Assembly: GCA_964016885.1 (NCBI GenBank)
Contig: OZ024742.1
Coordinates: 359,538,001 to 359,602,000, forward strand
Source of the DNA: Eledone cirrhosa
Taxonomy: Eukaryota
DNA: 64,000 nucleotides
Reading direction: 5' to 3'
A model generated the notes under the pieces. That model searched no databases. It worked only from the letters and a program-made list of their open reading frames with translations, and was not told where the DNA came from. Every line of letters starts with the position of its first letter. Position 1 is the stretch's first letter. Below are positions 26,501-41,500 of the stretch, piece after piece. Position numbers and translations under genes: made by a program.

Positions 26501-29500
26501 TGGCAACTATTGTGGCAGATTTACACTTTCAGGTGAGAATACAGGAGCAATATGATATGAGGTATTGGCAACTATTGTGGTAGATTTACACTTTCAAGTG
26601 AGAATACAGGGGCAAGGTGATATGAGGTATTGGCAACTATTGTGGCAGATTTACACTTTCAGGTGAGAATACAGGAGCAATGTGATATGAGGTATTGGTG
26701 ACTATTGTGGTAGATTTACACTTTCAGGTGAGAATACAGGGGCAAGGTGATATGAGGTATTGCTGACTATTGTGACAGATTTACACTTTCAGGTGAGAAT
26801 ACAGGGGCAAGGTGATATGAGGTATTGGTGACTATTGTGGCAGATTTACACTTTCAGGTGAGAATACAGGAGCAATGTGATATGAGGTATCAGCGATTAC
26901 TGTGGTAGATTTACACTTTCAAGTGAGAATACAGGGGCAAGGTGATATGAGGTATTGGCGACTGTTGTGGCAGATTTACACTTTGAGGTGAGAAAACAGG
27001 GGCAAGGTGATATGAGGTATTGGCGACTATTGTGGTAGATTTACACTTTCAGGTGAGAATACAGGATCAAAGTGATATGAGGTATTGGCGACTATTGTGG
27101 TAGATTTACACTTTCAGGTGAGAATACAGGATCAAGGTGATATGAGGTATTGGCAACTATTGTGGTATATTTACACTTTCAGGTGAGAATACAGGATCAA
27201 GGTGATATGAGGTATTGGCGACTATTGTGGTAGATTTACACTTTCAGGTGAAAATACAGGGCCAAAGTGATATGAGGTATTGGCGTCTACTGTGAAAGAT
27301 TTACACTTTCAGGCGAGAATACAGGATCAAGGTGATATGAGGTATTGGCGTCTACTGTGGTAGATTTACACTTTCAGGTGAGAATACAGGATCAAGGCGA
27401 TATGAGGTATTGGCGTCTACTGTGGTAGATTTACACTTTCAGGTGAGAATACAGGATCAAGGCGATATGAGGTATTGGCGTCTACTGTGGTAGATTTACA
27501 CTTTCAGGTGAGAATACAGGATCAAGGCGATATGAGGTATTGGCGACTATTGTGGTAGATTTACACTTTCAGGTGAGAATACAGGATCAAGGTGATATGA
27601 GGTATTGGCGTCTACTGTGGTAGATTTACACTTTCAGGTGAGAATACAGGATCAAGGTGATATGCGGTATTGGCGACTATTGTGGTAGATTAATACTTTC
27701 AGGTGAGAATACAGGATCAAGATGATATGAGGTATTGGCGACTATTGTGGTAGATTTACACTTTCAGGTGAGAATACAGGATCAAGGCGATATGAGGTAT
27801 TGGCGACTATTGTGGTAGATTTACACTTTCAGGTGAGAATAAAGGGGCAAGGTGATATGAGGTAATGGTGACTATTGTGGCAGATTTACACGTTCAGGTG
27901 AGAATACAGGATCAAAGTGATATGAGGTATTGGCGACTATTGTGGTAAAGTTACACTTTCAGGTGAGAATACAGGATGAAAGTGATATGAGGTATTGGCG
28001 ACTATTGTGGTAGATTTACACTTTCAGGTGAGAATACAGGATCAAAGTGATATGAGGTATTGGCGTCTACTGTGAAAGATTTACACTTTCAGGTGAGAAT
28101 ACAGGGGCAAGGTGATATGAGGTATTGGTGACTATTGTGGTAGATTTACACTTTCAGGTGAAAATACAGGGGCAAAGTGATATGAGGTATTGGCGACTAT
28201 TGTGGTAGATTTACACTTTCAGGTGAGAATACAGGATCAAGGTGATATGAGGTATCAGCGATTATTGTGGTAGATTCACACTTTCAAGTGAGAATACAGG
28301 GGCAAGGTGATATGAGGTATTGGTGACTATTGTGGCAGATTTACACTTTCAGGTGAGAATACAGGATCAAGGTGATATGAGGTATTGGCGACTATTGTGG
28401 TAGATTTACACTTTCAGGTGAGAATACAGGATCAAGGTGATATGAGGTATCAGCGATTATTGTGGTAGATTCACACTTTCAAGTGAGAATACAGGGGCAA
28501 GGTGATATGAGGTATTGGCGACTATTGTGGCAGATTTACACTTTCAGGTGAGAATACAGGAGCAATGTGATATGAGGTATTGGTGACTATTGTGGTAGAT
28601 TTACACTTTCAGGTGAGAATACAGGGGCACGGTGATATGACGTATTGCTGACTATTGTGACAGATTTACACTTTCAGGTGAGAATACAGGAGCAATGTGA
28701 TATGAGGTATCAGCGATTATTGTGGTAGATTTACACTTTCAAGTGAGAATACAGGGGCAAGGTGATATGAGGTATTGGTGACTATTGTGGCAGATTTACA
28801 CTTTCAGGTGAGAATACAGGAGCAATGTGATATGAGGTATTGGCGACTATTGTGGTAGATTTACACTTTCAGGTGAGAATACAGGAGCAAGGATATATGA
28901 GGTATTGTCGTCTATTGTGGTAGATTTACACTTTCAGGTGAGAATACAGGATCAAGGTGATATGACGTATTGGCAACTATTGTGGCAGATTTACACTCTC
29001 AGGTGAGAATACAAGCTTAAGGTGATATGAAGTATTGGCGACTATTGTGGTAGATTTACACATTCAGGTGAGAATACAGGATCAAGGTGATATGAGGTAT
29101 TGGCAACTATTGTGGTATATTTACACTTTCAGGTGAGAATACAGGATCAAGGTGATATGAGGTATTGGCGACTATTGTGGTAGATTTACACTTTCAGGTG
29201 AAAATACAGGGGCAAAGTGATATGAGGTATTGGCGTCTACTGTGAAAGATTTACACTTTCAGGTGAGAATACAGGGGCAAGGTGATATGAGGTATTGGCG
29301 TCTACTGTGAAAGATTTACACTTTCAGGTGAGAATACAGGGGCAACGTGATATGAGGTATTGGTGACTATTGTGGTAGATTTACACTTTCAGGTGAGAAT
29401 AGAGGGGCAAGGTGATATGAGGTATTGGCGTCTACTGTGACAGATTTACACTCTCAGGTGAGAATACAGGGTTAAGGTGATATGAGGTATTGGCGTCTAC

Positions 29501-32500
29501 TGTGGTAGATTTACACTTTCAGGTGAGAATACAGGATCAAAGTGATATGAGGTATTGGCGACTATTGTGGTAGATTTACACTTTCAGGTGAGAATACAGG
29601 GGCAAGGTGATATGAGGTATTGCTGACTATTGTGAGAGATTTACACTTTCAGGTGAGAATACAGGGGCAAGGTGATATGAGGTATTGCTGACTATTGTGA
29701 CAGATTTACACTTTCAGGTGAGAATACAGGATCAAGGTGATATGAGGTATTGGCGTCTAATGTGTTAGAATTACACTTTCAGGTGAGAATACAGGGGCAA
29801 AGTGATATGAGGTATTGGCGACTATTGTGGTATATTTACACTTTCAGGTGAGAATACAGGATCAAGGTGATATGAGGTATTGGCGACTGTTGTGGCAGAT
29901 ATACACTTTCAGGTGAGAATACAGGATCAAGGTGATATGAGGTATTGGCGACTATTGTGGTATATTTACACTTTCAGGTGAGAATACAGGATCAAAGTGA
30001 TATGAGGTATTGGTGACTATTGTGGTAGATTTACACGTTCAGGTGAGAATACAGGATCAAAGTGATATGAGGTATTGGCGACTATTGTGGTAAAGTTACA
30101 CTTTCAGGTGAGAATACAGGATGAAAGTGATATGAGGTATTGGCGACTGTTGTGGCAGATATACACTTTCAGGTGAGAATACAGGATCAAGGTGATATGA
30201 GGTATTGGCGACTATTGTGGTAGATTTACACTTTCAGGTGAGAATACAGGATCAAAGTGATATGAGGTATTGGCGACTATTGTGGTAGATTTACACTTTC
30301 AGGTGAGAATACAGGATCAAGGTGATATGAGGTATTGGCGACTGTTGTGGTAGATTTACACTTTCAGGTGAAAAGACAGGGGCAAAGTGATATGAGGTAT
30401 TGGCGACTATTGTGGTAGATTTACACTTTCAGGTGAGAATACAGGATCAAGGTGATATGACGTATTGGCGACTATTGTGGTAGATTTACACTTTCAGGTG
30501 AGAATACAGGGGCAAGGTGATATGAGGTATTGGCGACTGTTGTGGCAGATTTACACTTTGAGGTGAGAATACAGGGGCAAGGTGATATGAGGTATTGGCG
30601 ACTATTGTGGCAGATTTACACTTTCAGGTGAGAATACAGGGGCATGGTGATATGAGGTATTGGTGACTATTGTGGCAGATATACACTTTCAGGTGAGAAT
30701 ACAGGATCAAAGTGATATGAGGTATTGGCGACTATTGTGGTAGATTTACACTTTCAGGTGAGAATACAGGATCAAAGTGATATGAGGTATTGGCGACTAT
30801 TGTGGTAGATTTACACTTTCAGGTGAGAATACAGGATCAAGGTGATATGAGGTATTGGCAACTATTGTGGTAGATTTACACTTTCAGGTGAGAATACAGG
30901 ATCAAGGTGATATGAGGTAATGGTGACTATTGTGGCAGATTTACACTTTCAGGTGAGAATACAGGAGCAATGTGATATGAGGTATTGGTGACTATTGTGG
31001 TAGATTTACACTTTCAGGTGAGAATACAGGATCAAGGTGATATGAGGTAATGGTGACTATTGTGGCAGATTTACACTTTCAGGTGAAAATACAGGGGCAA
31101 AGTGATATGAGGTATTGGTGTCTACTGTGAAAGATTTACACTTTCAGGTGAGAATACAGGGGCAAGGTGATATGAGGTATTGGCGACTATTGTGGTATAT
31201 TTACACTTTCAGGTGAGAATACAGGATCAAGGTGATATGAGGTAATGGTGACTATTGTGGCAGATTTACACTTTCAGGTGAGAATACAGGAGCAATGTGA
31301 TATGAGGTATTGGTGACTATTGTGGTAGATTTACACTTTCAGGTGAGAATACAGGATCAATGTGATATGAGGTAATGGTGACTATTGTGGCAGATTTACA
31401 CTTTCAGGTGAGAATACAGGAGCAATGTGATATGAGGTATTGCCGACTATTGTGGTAGATTTACACTTTCAGGTGAGAATACAGGAGCAATGTGATATGA
31501 GGTATTGGCGTCTATTGGGATAGAATTACACTTTCAGGTGAGAATACAGGAAGAAGGTGATATGAGGTATTGGCGACTATTGTGGTAGATTTACACTTTC
31601 AGGTGAGAATACAGGATCAAGGTGATATGACGTATTGGCGACTATTGTGGCAGATTTACACTTTCAGGTGAGAATACAGGGGCAAGGTGATATGAGGTAT
31701 TGGCGACTATTGTGGTAGATTTACACTTTCAGGTGAAAATACAGGGACAAGGTGATATGAGGTATTGGCGTCTACTGTGACAGATTTACACTCTCAGGTG
31801 AGAATACAAGCTTAAGGTGATATGAAGTATTGGCGACTATTGTGGTAGATTTACACATTCAGGTGAGAATACAGGATCAAGGTGATATGAGGTATTGGCG
31901 ACTATTGTGGTAGATTTACACTTTCAGGTGAAAATACAGGGGCAAAGTGATATGAGGTATTGGCGTCTACTGTGAAAGATTTACACTTTCAGGTGAGAAT
32001 ACAGGGGCAAGGTGATATGAGGTATTGGCGTCTACTGTGAAAGATTTACACTTTCAGGTGAGAATACAGGGGCAAGGTGATATGAGGTATTGGTGACTAT
32101 TGTGGTAGATTTACACTTTCAGGTGAGAATAGAGGGGCAAGGTGATATGAGGTATTGGCGTCTACTGTGACAGATTTACACTCTCAGGTGAGAATACAGG
32201 GTTAAGGTGATATGAGGTATTGGCGTCTACTGTGGTAGATTTACACTTTCAGGTGAGAATACAGGATCAAAGTGATATGAGGTATTGGCGACTATTGTGG
32301 TAGATTTACACTTTCAGGTGAGAATACAGGGGCAAGGTGATATGAGGTATTGCTGACTATTGTGAGAGATTTACACTTTCAGGTGAGAATACAGGGGCAA
32401 GGTGATATGAGGTATTGCTGACTATTGTGACAGATTTACACTTTCAGGTGAGAATACAGGATCAAGGTGATATGAGGTATTGGCGTCTAATGTGGTAGAA

Positions 32501-35500
32501 TTACACTTTCAGGTGAGAATACAGGATCAAAGTGATATGAGGTATTGGCGACTATTGTGGTAGAATTACACTTTCAGGTGAGAATACAGGATCAAAGTGA
32601 TATGAGGTATTGGCGACTATTGTGGTAGAATTACACTTTCAGGTGAGAATACAGGGGCAAAGTGATATGAGGTATTGGCGACTATTGTGGTAGAATTACA
32701 CTTTCAGGTGAGAATACAGGATCAAGGTGATATGAGGTATTGCTGACTATTGTGACAGATTTACACTTTCAGGTGAGAATACAGGATCAAGGTGATATGA
32801 GGTATTGGCGTCTAATGTGGTAGAATTACACTTTCAGGTGAGAATACAGGATCAAGGTGATATGACGTATTGGCGACTATTGTGGTAGATTTACACTTTC
32901 AGGTGAGAATACAGGATCAAGGTGATATGAGGTATTGGCAACTATTGTGGTATATTTACACTTTCAGGTGAGAATACAGGATCAAGGTGATATGAGGTAT
33001 TGGCAACTATTGTGGTAGATTTACACTTTCAGGTGAGAATACAGGATCAAGGTGATATGAGGTATTGGCAACTATTGTGGTATATTTACACTTTCAGGTG
33101 AGAATACAGGATCAAGGTGATATGAGGTATTGGCGACTATTGTGGTAGATTTACACTTTCAGGTGAAAATACAGGGGCAAAGTGATATGAGGTATTGGCA
33201 ACTATTGTGGTAGATTTACACTTTCAGGTGAGAATAAATGGGCAAGGTGATATGAGGTAATGGTGACTATTGTGGCAGATTTACACTTTCAGGTGAGAAA
33301 ACATGATCAAGGTGATATGAGGTATTGGCGACTATTGTGGTAGATTTACACTTTCAGGTGAAAATACAGGGGCAAGGTGATATGAGGTATTGGCAACTAT
33401 TGTGGTAGATTTACACTTTCAGGTGAGAATACAGGGGCAAGGTGATATGAGGTATTGGCAACTATTGTGGCAGATTTACACTTTCAGGTGAGAATACAGG
33501 AGCAATGTGATATGAGGTATTGGCAACTATTGTGGTAGATTTACACTTTCAGGTGAGAATACAGGAGCAATGTGATATGAGGTATTGGTGACTATTGTGG
33601 TAGATTTACACTTTCAGGTGAGAATACAGGGGCAAGGTGATATGAGGTATTGGCAACTATTGTGGCAGATTTACACTTTCAGGTGAGAATACAGGAGCAA
33701 TGTGATATGAGGTATTGGCAACTATTGTGGTAGATTTACACTTTCAAGTGAGAATACAGGGGCAAGGTGATATGAGGTATTGGCAACTATTGTGGCAGAT
33801 TTACACTTTCAGGTGAGAATACAGGAGCAATGTGATATGAGGTATTGGTGACTATTGTGGTAGATTTACACTTTCAGGTGAGAATACAGGGGCAAGGTGA
33901 TATGAGGTATTGCTGACTATTGTGACAGATTTACACTTTCAGGTGAGAATACAGGGGCAAGGTGATATGAGGTATTGGTGACTATTGTGGCAGATTTACA
34001 CTTTCAGGTGAGAATACAGGAGCAATGTGATATGAGGTATCAGCGATTATTGTGGTAGATTTACACTTTCAAGTGAGAATACAGGGGCAAGGTGATATGA
34101 GGTATTGGCAACTATTGTGGCAGATTTACACTTTCAAGTGAGAATACAGGGGCAAGGTGATATGAGGTAATGGTGACTATTGTGGCAGATTTACACTTTC
34201 AGGTGAGAATACAGGAGCAATGTGATATGAGGTATTGGCGACTATTGTGGTAGATTTACACTTTCAGGTGAGAATACAGGAGCAATGTGATATGAGGTAT
34301 TGGCGTCTATTGGGATTGGGATAGAATTACACTTTCAGGTGAGAATACAGGATGAAGGTGATATGAGGTATTGGCGACTATTGTGGTAGATTTACACTTT
34401 CAGGTGAGAATACAGGATCAAGGTGATATGACGTATTGGCGACTATTGTGGCAGATTTACACTTTCAGGTGAGAATACAGGGGCAAGGTGATATGAGGTA
34501 TTGGCGACTATTGTGGTAGATTTACACTTTCAGGTGAGAATACAGGGACAAGGTGATATGAGGTATTGGCGTCTACTGTGAGAGATTTACACTCTCAGGT
34601 GAGAATACAAGCTTAAGGTGATATGAAGTATTGGCGACTATTGTGGTAGATTTACACATTCAGGTGAGAATACAGGATCAAGGTGATATGAGGTATTGGC
34701 AACTATTGTGGTATATTTACACTTTCAGGTGAGAATACAGGATCAAGGTGATATGAGGTATTGGCGACTATTGTGGTAGATTTACACTTTCAGGTGAAAA
34801 TACAGGGGCAAAGTGATATGAGGTATTGGCGTCTACTGTGAAAGATTTACACTTTCAGGTGAGAATACAGGGGCAAGGTGATATGAGGTATTGGCGTCTA
34901 CTGTGAAAGATTTACACTTTCAGGTGAGAATACAGGGGCAAGGTGATATGAGGTATTGGTGACTATTGTGTTAGATTTACACTTTCAGGTGAGAATAGAG
35001 GGGCAAGGTGATATGAGGTATTGGCGTCTACTGTGACAGATTTACACTCTCAGGTGAGAATACAGGGTTAAGGTGATATGAGGTATTGGCGTCTACTGTG
35101 GTAGATTTACACTTTCAGGTGAGAATACAGGATCAAAGTGATATGAGGTATTGGCGACTATTGTGGTAGATTTACACTTTCAGGTGAGAATACAGGGGCA
35201 AGGTGATATGAGGTATTGCTGACTATTGTGAGAGATTTACACTTTCAGGTGAGAATACAGGGGCAAGGTGAGATGAGGTATTGCTGACTATTGTGACAGA
35301 TTTACACTTTCAGGTGAGAATACAGGATCAAGGTGATATGAGGTATTGGCGTCTAATGTGGTAGAATTACACTTTCAGGTGAGAATACAGGGGCAAAGTG
35401 ATATGAGGTATTGGCGACTATTGTGGTATATTTACACTTTCAGGTGAGAATACAGGATCAAAGTGATATGAGGTATTGGCGACTATTGTGGTAAAGTTAC

Positions 35501-38500
35501 ACTTTCAGGTGAGAATACAGGATGAAAGTGATATGAGGTATTGGCGACTATTGTGGTAGATTTACACTTTCAGGTGAGAATACAGGATCAAGGTGATATG
35601 AGGTATTGGCAACTATTGTGGTATATTTACACTTTCAGGTGAGAATACAGGATCAAGGTGATATGAGGTATTGGCGACTATTGTGGTAGATTTACACTTT
35701 CAGGTGAAAATACAGGGGCAAAGTGATATGAGATATTGGCGTCTACTGTGAAAGATTTACACTTTCAGGCGAGAATACAGGATCAAGGCGATATGAGGTA
35801 TTGGCGACTATTGTGGTAGATTTACACTTTCAGGTGAGAATACAGGATCAAGGTGATATGAGGTATTGGCGACTATTGTGGTAGATTTACACTTTCAGGT
35901 GAGAATACAGGATCAAGGTGATATGACGTATTGGCGACTATTGTGGTAGATTTACACTTTCAGGTGAGAATAAAGGGGCAAGGTGATATGAGGTAATGGT
36001 GACTATTGTGGTATATTTACACTTTCAGGTGAGAATACAGGGGCAAGGTGATATGAGGTAATGGTGACTATTGTGGCAGATATACACTTTCAGGTGAGAA
36101 AACATGATCAAGGTGATATGAGGTATTGGCGACTATTGTGGTAGATTTACACTTTCAGGTGAGAATACAGGGGCAAGGTGATATGAGGTATTGGCGACTA
36201 TTGTGGTAGATTTACACTTTCAGGTGAAAATACAGGGGCAAAGTGATATGAGGTATTGGCGTCTACTGTGAAAGATTTACACTTTCAGGTGAGAATACAG
36301 GGGCAAGGTGATATGAGGTATTGGCGTCTACTATGAAAGATTTACACTTTCAGGTGAGAATACAGGGGCAAGGTGATATGAGGTATTGGTGACTATTGTG
36401 TTAGATTTACACTTTCAGGTGAGAATAGAGGGGCAAGGTGATATGAGGTATTGGCGTCTACTGTGACAGATTTACACTCTCAGGTGAGAATACAGGGTTA
36501 AGGTGATATGAGGTATTGGCGTCTACTGTGGTAGATTTACACTTTCAGGTGAGAATACAGGATCAAAGTGATATGAGGTATTGGCGACTATTGTGGTAGA
36601 TTTACACTTTCAGGTGAGAATACAGGGGCAAGGTGATATGAGGTATTGCTGACTATTGTGAGAGATTTACACTTTCAGGTGGGAATACAGGGGCAAGGTG
36701 ATATGAGGTATTGGTGACTATTGTGGTAGAATTACACTTTCAGGTGAGAATACAGGGGCAAGGTGATATGAGGTATTGCTGACTATTGTGACAGATTTAC
36801 ACTTTCAGGTGAGAATACAGGGGCAAGGTGATATGAGGTATTGCTGACTATTGTGACAGTTTTACACTTTCAGGTGAGAATACAGGTGCAAGGTGATATG
36901 AGGTATTGGCGTCTATTGTGGTAGATTTACACTTTCAAGTGAGAATACAGGGGCAAGGTGATATGAGGTAATGGTGACTATTGTGGTAGATTTACACTTT
37001 CAGGTGAGAATACAGGATCAAAGTGATATGAGGTATTGGCGACTATTGTGGTAGATTTACACTTTCAGGTGAGAATACAGGATCAAAGTGATATGAGGTA
37101 TTGGCGACTATTGTGGTAAAGTTACACTTTCAGGTGAGAATACAGGATGAAAGTGATATGAGGTATTGGCGACTATTGTGATAGATTTACACTTTCAGGT
37201 GAGAATACAAGATCAAAGTGATATGAGGTATTGGCGACTATTGTGGTAGATTTACACTTTCAGGTGAGAATACAGGATCAAGGTGATATGAGGTATTGGC
37301 AACTATTGTGGTATATTTACACTTTCAGGTGAGAATACAGGATCAAGGTGATATGAGGTATTGGCGACTATTGTGGTAGATTTACACTTTCAGGTGAAAA
37401 TACAGGGGCAAAGTGATATGAGGTATTGGCGTCTAATGTGAAAGATTTACACTTTCAGGTGAGAATACAGGATCAAGGTGATATGAGGTATTGGCGACTA
37501 TTGTGGTAGATTTACACTTTCAGGTGAGAATACAGGATCAAGGTGATATGACGTATTGGCGACTATTGTGGTAGATTTACACTTTCAGGTGAGAATACAG
37601 GGGCAAGGTGATATGAGGTATTGGCGACTATTGTGGTAGATTTACACTTTCAGGTGAGAATACAGGGACAAGGTGATATGAGGTATTGGCGTCTATTGTG
37701 ACAGATTTACACTCTCAGGTGAGAATACAAGCTTAAGGTGATATGAAGTATTGGCGACTATTGTGGTAGATTTACACATTCAGGTGAGAATACAGGATCA
37801 AGGTGATATGAGGTATTGGCGACTATTGTGGTAGATTTACACTTTCAGGTGAAAATACAGGGGCAAGGTGATATGAGGTATTGGCGTCTACTGTGAAAGA
37901 TTTACACTTTCAGGTGAGAATACAGGGGCAAGGTGATATGAGGTATTGGCGTCTACTGTGAAAGATTTACACTTTCAGGTGAGAATACAGGGGCAAGGTG
38001 ATATGAGGTATTGGTGACTATTGTGTTAGATTTACACTTTCAGGTGAGAATAGAGGGGCAAGGTGATATGAGGTATTGGCGTCTACTGTGGTAGATTTAC
38101 ACTTTCAGGTGAGAATACAGGATCAAAGTGGTATGAGGTATTGGCGACTATTGTGGTAGATTTACACTTTCAGGTGAGAATACAGGGGCAAGGTGATATG
38201 AGGTATTGCTGACTATTGTGAGAGATTTACACTTTCAGGTGAGAATACAGGGACAAGGTGATATGAGGTATTGGCGTCTACTGTGACAGATTTACACTCT
38301 CAGGTGAGAATACAAGCTTAAGGTGATATGAAGTATTGGCGACTATTGTGGTAGATTTACACATTCAGGTGAGAATACAGGATCAAGGTGATATGAGGTA
38401 TTGGCAACTATTGTGGTATATTTACACTTTCAGGTGAGAATACAGGATCAAGGTGATATGAGGTATTGGCGACTATTGTGGTAGATTTACACTTTTAGGT

Positions 38501-41500
38501 GAAAATACAGGGGCAAAGTGATATGAGGTATTGGCGACTATTGTGGTAGATTTACACTTTCAGGTGAGAATACAGGGGCAAGGTGATATGAGGTATTGCT
38601 GACTATTGTGAGAGATTTACACTTTCAGGTGAGAATACAGGGGCAAGGTGAGATGAGGTATTGCTGACTATTGTGACAGATTTACACTTTCAGGTGAGAA
38701 TACAGGATCAAGGTGATATGAGGTATTGGCGTCTATTGTGGTAGAATTACACTTTCAGGTGAGAATACAGGGGCAAAGTGATATGAGGTATTGGCGACTA
38801 TTGTGGTATATTTACACTTTCAGGTGAGAATACAGTATGAAAGTGATATGAGGTATTGGCGACTATTGTGGTAGATTTACACTTTCAGGTGAGAATACAG
38901 GATCAAGGTGATATGAGGTATTGGCGACTATTGTGGTAGATTTACACTTTCAGGTGAAAATACAGGGGCAAAGTGATATGAGGTATTGGCGACTATTGTG
39001 GTATATTTACACTTTCAGGTGAGAATACAGGGGCAAAGTGATATGAGGTATTGGTGACTATTGTGGTAGATTTACACTTTCAGGTGAGAATACAGGATCA
39101 AGGTGATATGTGGTATTGGCGACTATTGTGGTAGATTTACACTTTCAGGTGAGAATACAGGGGCAAGGTGATATGAGGTATTGGCGTCTACTGTGAAAGA
39201 TTTACACTTTCAGGTGAGAATACAGGGGCAAGGTGATATGAGGTATTGGCGTCTACTGTGAAAGATTTACACTTTCAGGTGAGAATACAGGGGCAAGGTG
39301 ATATGAGGTATTGGCGACTATTGTGGTAGATTTACACTTTCAGGTGAAAATACAGGGGCAAAGTGATATGAGATATTGGCGTCTACTGTGAAAGATTTAC
39401 ACGTTCAGGCGAGAATACAGGATCAAGGCGATATGAGGTATTGGCGACTATTGTGGTAGATTTACACTTTCAGGTGAGAATACAGGATCAAGGTGATATG
39501 TGGTATTGGCGACTATTGTGGTAGATTTACACTTTCAGGTGAGAATACAGGATCAAGGTGATATGCGGTATTGGCGACTATTGTGGTAGATTTACACTTT
39601 CAGGTGAGAATACAGGATCAAGATGAAATGAGGTATTGGCGACTATTGTGGTAGATTTACACTTTCAGGTGAGAATACAGGATCAAGGTGATATGAGGTA
39701 TTGGCGACTATTGTGGTAGATTTACACTTTCAGGTGAGAATACAGGATCAAGGTGATATGAGGTATTGGCGACTATTGTGGTAGATTTACACTTTCAGGT
39801 GAGAATACAGGGGCAAGGTGATATTAGGTATTAGTGACTATTGTGGTAGATGTACACTTTCAGGTGAGAATACAGGATCAAGGTGATATGAGGTATTGGC
39901 GACTATTGTGGTAGATTTACACTTTCAGGTGAGAATACAGGATCAAGGTGATATGAGGTATTGGCGACTATTGTGGTAGATTTACACTTTCAGGTGAGAA
40001 TACAGTATCAAGGTGATATGACGTATTGGCGACTATTGTCGTAGATTTACACTTTCAGGTGAGAATAAAGGGGCAAGGTGATATGAGGTAATGGTGACTA
40101 TTGTGGTATATTTACACTTTCAGGTGAGAATACAGGGGCAAGGTGATATGAGGTAATGGTGACTATTGTGGCAGATTTACACTTTCAGGTGAGAAAACAT
40201 GATCAAGGTGATATGAGGTATTGGCGACTATTGTGGTAGATTTACACTTTCAGGTGAGAATACAGGGGCAAGGTGATATGAGGTATTGGCAACTATTGTG
40301 GTAGATTTACACTTTCAAGTGAGAATACAGGGGCAAGGTGATATGAGGTATTGGCAACTATTGTGGCAGATTTACACTTTCAGGTGAGAATACAGGAGCA
40401 ATGTGATATGAGGTATTTGTGACTATTGTGGTAGATTTACACTTTCAGGTGAGAATACAGGGGCAAGGTGATATGAGGTATTGGCAACTATTGTGGCAGA
40501 TTTACACTTTCAGGTGAGAATACAGGAGCAATGTGATATGAGGTATTGGCAACTATTGTGGTAGATTTACACTTTCAAGTGAGAATACAGGGGCAAGGTG
40601 ATATGAGGTATTGGCAACTATTGTGGCAGATTTACACTTTCAGGTGAGAATACAGGAGCAATGTGATATGAGGTATTGGTGACTATTGTGGTAGATTTAC
40701 ACTTTCAGGTGAGAATACAGGGGCAAGGTGATATGAGGTATTGCTGACTATTGTGACAGATTTACACTTTCAGGTGAGAATACAGGGGCAAGGTGATATG
40801 AGGTATTGGTGACTATTGTGGCAGATTTACACTTTCAGGTGAGAATACAGGAGCAATGTGATATGAGGTATCAGCGATTATTGTGGTAGATTTACACTTT
40901 CAAGTGAGAATACAGGGGCAAGGTGATATGAGGTATTGGCGACTATTGTGGCAGATTTACACTTTCAAGTGAGAATACAGGGGCAAGGTGATATGAGGTA
41001 ATGGTGACTATTGTGGCAGATTTACACTTTCAGGTGAGAATATAGGAGCAATGTGATATGAGGTATTGGCGACTATTGTGGTAGATTTACACTTTCAGGT
41101 GAGAATACAGGAGCAATGTGATATGAGGTATTGGCGTCTATTGGGATAGAATTACACTTTCAGGTGAGAATACAGGATGAAGGTGATATGAGGTATTGGA
41201 GACTATTGTGGTAGATTTACACTTTCAGGTGAGAATACAGGATCAAGGTGATATGACGTATTGGCGACTATTGTGGCAGATTTACACTTTCAGGTGAGAA
41301 TACAGGATCAAGGTGATATGAGGTATTGGCAACTATTGTGGTATATTTACACTTTCAGGTGAGAATACAGGATCAAGGTGATATGAGGTATTGGCAACTA
41401 TTGTGGTATATTTACACTTTCAGGTGAGAATACAGGATCAAGGTGATATGAGGTATTGGCGACTATTGTGGTAGATTTACACTTTCAGGTGAAAATACAG